From Elainellaceae cyanobacterium (GTDB taxonomy: Bacteria; Cyanobacteriota; Cyanobacteriia; CAZCXK01), in contig JBNPEG010000219.1 in NCBI GenBank assembly GCA_051117555.1, forward strand, positions 1-19,928: a DNA stretch of 19,928 bases. Direction: 5' to 3'. Numbering within the stretch: the first letter of the stretch is position 1; each line of letters opens with the position of its first letter. This document shows positions 16,935-19,928 of the stretch, piece by piece. The notes under the pieces were generated by a model. The model was not told the DNA's origin. It searched no databases and saw only the letters and a list, made by a program, of their open reading frames with translations. The position numbers and the translations under genes are program-made.

Positions 16935-18767
16935 TCAGCGTAGTCCCATCTGAACGCGCCAGAGATTTGCATAGATGCCCTCTTGGTCTAGCAGATGTTC
17001 ATGAGTGCCTTGCTCAATGAGTTTTCCGTGCTCCATCACGTAGATGCGGTCTGCATTGCGAATGGTTGAAAGGCGATGGGCGATCGCAATAGTGGTGCGA
17101 TTTTGGGTGATTTTTTCTAGCGATCGCTGAATGGCTGCTTCGGTCTCATTATCCACGGCTGACGTTGCCTCATCCAAGATCAGAATGGGCGGATCTTTGA
17201 GAATAGCGCGGGCGATCGCCAGCCGTTGCCGCTGCCCGCCGGAAAGCTTTTTCCCCCGTTCGCCCACAACCGTGTCATAGGTATGGGGCAGTTGGTCAAC
17301 AAAGTCGTGCGCTTCTGCAATGTGAGCCGCGTGTTTAATTTCCTCCGGCGTTGCGCCTGGAGTGCCGTAGGCAATATTTTCAGCGACCGTTCCATGAAAA
17401 AGAAATACATCCTGACTAACGAGCCCAATTGCGCGCCGCAAATCTCGAATATAAATATCGTGTAGATTAATGCCATCTAGGGTGATGGTTCCTGACTGGA
17501 TGTCATAAAAGCGAAGCAGCAGTTTGACGAGGGTGCTTTTTCCCGACCCGGTAGACCCGACAATGGCAATGGTTTTACCGGCTGGAATGTGAAGTGACAA
17601 CTGTTCAATCACCGGGAGGCGATCGTCGTACGCAAAGGACATATCGTCGATAGAAATCTCCCCTTGCACCATTTCTTTCGGCAACTGGATATGTCCGGGA
17701 TGGGTGGTAATGGGCGTATCGAGCAAATTCATCACCCGTGTCGTTGATGCCATCGCCCGCTGATATTGGTCGAGAGTTTCGCCGAGCCGGGTCAGGGGCC
17801 ACAGCAGCCGCTGAGTAATAAATACCAGCACGCTATAGGTGCCGACTGACAGACTGCCTTCTACCGCTTCCAGGCCACCATAAAGCAAGGTTGCCGTAAA
17901 GCCAACTAGGATCACGATGCGGATTAGTGGCACAAAGGCTGCACTCAGGGCGATCGCCCGTCGGTTGCTCTGCCGATAAGCTTCACTTTCGAGATCGACT
18001 CGCTCTAGCTCGTAGTCTTCGGTAGTAAAACTTTTAATCGTCGTGATGCCGCTGAGATTATTTGACAATCGACTGTTGAGCAGGCTGACCTGATTGCGAA
18101 CCTCGGCATATCGCGGAGCTAGCTTCCGCTGAAACGCAACCGATCCCCACAAAATAAACGGCATGGGCAACATGGCCATCCAGGCTACACTCGGAGCTAG
18201 CACAAAGAAAGCTCCGCCCACAATCACAACCGTGGTCGTAACTTGCAAAATTTCATTAGCGCCAAAATCTAGAAATCGTTCGAGCTGGTTAATGTCGTCG
18301 TTGAGAATCGACATCAGCGCTCCAGTACTGCGAGACTCAAAAAAAGACAGTTCGAGGTCTTGCAAATGTCTATAGGCATCGAGCCGCAGGTCATGCTGAA
18401 TGGTTTGAGCCAGGTTACGCCACAGCCGAGCGTAGGCATATTCAAACGTTGATTCTAATCCCCAAATGATCAGACTCATCAGCGAGAGCGCCAGCAGTTG
18501 ACCAAACACGCTCTCTACACCCAGCACATCTGCAATCCAAGAGTCTTGCTGCTTAACGACAACATCAACCGCCATGCCAATCAAGACAGGCGGCGCAAGG
18601 TCAAAGACCTTATTGAGAATTGAGCAGCCGGACGCTAGCCAAATCTGCTGCCGATACGCCCGCCCATAGCGGATTAGCCGCTTGAGAGGATAATCGTGAT
18701 GTGCCCCTGATGAGGATGCCCGAGATGACGATGCCCCTGATGGCGATATGCCGTGTTGATTGCCCAT
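16935..18767 (-). CDS. ABC transporter ATP-binding protein/permease (MsbA/MdlB-like exporter)
   Basis: N-terminal TM domain, Walker [18 protein letters not shown] signature, [12 protein letters not shown] and AHRLST. Confidence 0.95.
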   Translation of the reverse strand: MGNQHGISPSGASSSRASSSGAHHDYPLKRLIRYGRAYRQQIWLASGCSILNKVFDLAPPVLIGMAVDVVVKQQDSWIADVLGVESVFGQLLALSLMSLIIWGLESTFEYAYARLWRNLAQTIQHDLRLDAYRHLQDLELSFFESRSTGALMSILNDDINQLERFLDFGANEILQVTTTVVIVGGAFFVLAPSVAWMAMLPMPFILWGSVAFQRKLAPRYAEVRNQVSLLNSRLSNNLSGITTIKSFTTEDYELERVDLESEAYRQSNRRAIALSAAFVPLIRIVILVGFTATLLYGGLEAVEGSLSVGTYSVLVFITQRLLWPLTRLGETLDQYQRAMASTTRVMNLLDTPITTHPGHIQLPKEMVQGEISIDDMSFAYDDRLPVIEQLSLHIPAGKTIAIVGSTGSGKSTLVKLLLRFYDIQSGTITLDGINLHDIYIRDLRRAIGLVSQDVFLFHGTVAENIAYGTPGATPEEIKHAAHIAEAHDFVDQLPHTYDTVVGERGKKLSGGQRQRLAIARAILKDPPILILDEATSAVDNETEAAIQRSLEKITQNRTTIAIAHRLSTIRNADRIYVMEHGKLIEQGTHEHLLDQEGIYANLWRVQMGLR

Positions 18768-18814
18768 CTGCTCGTGTCAGTAAGTCTTAGTTAAGTATGT
18801 GGACATAAATAAAT

Positions 18815-18919
18815 GGTGCTGTAGGGTGCTGTAGTCCCGCTGTTAGGCGGAGCCTTAACGCACCGTCCCGCTGTTAGGCGGAGCCGTAACGCACCGTCCC
18901 GCGCTGTTAGGCGGAGCCT
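18815..18919 (+). repeat. Tandemly amplified REP-like unit (31-bp period, about 2.7 copies) preceded by a 10-bp duplication
   Basis: GTCCCGCTGTTAGGCGGAGCC(T/G)TAACGCACC at 18834 and 18865, with a partial copy at 18896. GGTGCTGTAG occurs twice at 18815-18834. Confidence 0.85.
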
Positions 18920-18928
18920 AAAATAGTA

Positions 18929-19040
18929 GTAGATTGGGTTGAGGTACGTATAGCCCAAGGGGCATTCAAGAAAGGCAAAGCCTTGCCGAAGGCAATAACC
19001 CAACGCCCGCACGGGTTACGCTATCGCTAACCCATCCTAC
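18929..19040. repeat. Inverted pair of GTAG-type REP elements; the left copy carries a nested insertion
   Basis: GTAGATTGGGTTGAGGTACG...AACCCAAC on the + strand, and GTAGGATGGGTTAGCGATAGCGTAACCC on the - strand (19013-19040). Confidence 0.7.
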
Positions 19041-19152
19041 ATTTGATTCCGCCCACCTACTTACTAAATCTGAATATAGCCGTACGCTCTCGTATAAGGC
19101 CGCTGAGCGTGTGGGGCTATAAATTGCTTTAAGTACGAGATAAAATATAAGC

Positions 19153-19417
19153 CATGCCTAGGCGTTATTTGATAATGCTTAGGCAATACTTATGATTGAG
19201 TAGAAATTTTGACATTTCGAGTCCCCCCGTTGTGAAAATCCCTGCAAAATTCGCTCAAATGGGTGCTGAATTATTAGCATTGCTTAGGCATTAGCTAATA
19301 ACATATAGGCGTATTTAATAACATCTACCCATTTTGAATCAATGCTTGGGCATTTTGAATCAATGCCTGGGCATTTTGGATAAACGCTTAGGCGTTCGTT
19401 GATAACGTTTGCGTGAT
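19153..19417. repeat. Degenerate 21-bp-period array of 14-bp palindromes (consensus AAYGCYTAGGCRTT + 7 nt)
   Basis: Clear units at 19153, 19174, 19279, 19300, 19320, 19341, 19362 and 19383. Degenerate in-register units at 19195, 19237, 19258 and 19404. Confidence 0.8.
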
Positions 19418-19483
19418 GACAAAAAATCTCTGTAGATTTTGGCATCAGATCACATCAAGTCGGAAATCGATTCAGGAGAATCA

Positions 19484-19626
19484 CCTCATTGACTGACAAA
19501 ACTCTCAAAACCCTGATTCCTTGGTAGGTTGGGTTAGCGTTAGCGTAACCCAACGAAACCCAACGCTGGCTTGGGTTTCACGTTGTTCAACCCAACCTGC
19601 AAGACCAGATTTGTCAGTCAATCAGG
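19484..19626. mobile_element. 143-bp MITE with 17-bp TIRs, 8(-9)-bp target-site duplication and an internal REP doublet
   Basis: CCTCATTGACTGACAAA (19484-19500) and TTTGTCAGTCAATCAGG (19610-19626) match 16/17. GAGAATCA flanks both sides (19476-19483, 19627-19634). Confidence 0.88.
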
Positions 19627-19784
19627 GAGAATCATTCAGAGGATGAGCGAACGTTAAAGAAATATCAGAATGAGTAGGATGATAATGCAGGTTGCGACCA
19701 GCCCGCCCGCGTCGTCAGATCTCGTGGAAGAGGGCGATGTTTGGTGTGACATATCTCGTCGAAAATCACAGCTGTGCCACGCCA

Positions 19785-19813
19785 GTAGGATGGGTTAGCG
19801 CAGCGTAACCCAT
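19785..19813 (+). repeat. GTAG-type REP element
   Basis: GTAGGATGGGTTAGCGCAGCGTAACCCAT is near-identical to the copies at 19013-19040 (-) and 19524-19554 (+). Confidence 0.8.
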
Positions 19814-19862
19814 GCTGATCAGGCATCTTAGCTTTTATCAGTAACCCTAGTGCGCCCCTTGA

Positions 19863-19928
19863 TTAGGGTATGCGATCATCCTCTACAGAGGGAGGCATTG
19901 AAGAGTCTTTGGATGATTCCTCAGATGA
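19863..19928 (-). CDS. Possible 3' end of a gene entering from the right edge
   Basis: Open frame SSEESSKDSSMPPSVEDDRIP* ending at TAA (19865-19863), followed by a REP. Too short to identify. Confidence 0.3.
   Translation of the reverse strand, partial: SSEESSKDSSMPPSVEDDRIP

Noticed and set aside
6076..18375. Numerous short ORFs overlapping proA, AEC, ftn2, pdhA, DUF3326, CPBP and ABC genes
   Set aside because: They are alternative-frame or antisense shadows of well-supported genes.
18834..18919. Possible CRISPR array
   Set aside because: Units abut with no unique spacers, there are under 3 copies, and no cas genes are present. It is a tandem REP-like repeat.
18791..19012. 73-aa ORF (-)
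   Set aside because: It is a translation of REP and tandem repeats (RLRLTA twice), so it is not a credible gene.
19153..19417. Possible CRISPR or TIGR-type guide array, or heptad-repeat CDS
   Set aside because: The period is only 21 nt, linkers are 7 nt and two are identical, no effector gene is adjacent, and the frames checked contain stops. Kept only as an unexplained repeat array.

Overview
Cyanobacterial chromosomal DNA. HIP1 octamers (GCGATCGC) occur roughly 25 times by eye, against under 1 expected by chance, and the genes include ftn2, crr7 and DUF3326. The window has three zones. (1) About 1-5700 is a decayed accessory island. It holds the 5' end of an IS1634-family transposase, a HIP1-bounded chimera of gene fragments, and a DUF433/DUF5615 (PIN) toxin-antitoxin pair. 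It also holds a minus-strand cluster: tandem RHH-like protein, 161-aa unknown, IS66 remnant, Uma2 nuclease fused to a degenerate nucleotidyltransferase-like domain, and an M15-like Zn-peptidase-fold protein. (2) About 5770-18770 is ordinary core genes: proA, AEC transporter, ftn2, pdhA, crr7, DUF2854, 2Fe-2S ferredoxin, DUF3326, CPBP protease and an ABC exporter, plus two copies of one MITE. (3) About 18800-19830 is a non-coding repeat hotspot with GTAG-type REPs, a REP carrying a nested insertion, a 21-bp-period array of 14-bp palindromes, and a 143-bp MITE with TIRs and a TSD. The most notable details are two 24-nt double-hairpin elements of different sequence but identical architecture inserted in HIP1-type sites (one in-frame in a gene), the HIP1-to-HIP1 chimera, the Uma2-MNT/M15-like cluster and the 21-bp palindrome array. 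All family assignments come from motif recognition by eye; no searches were run.
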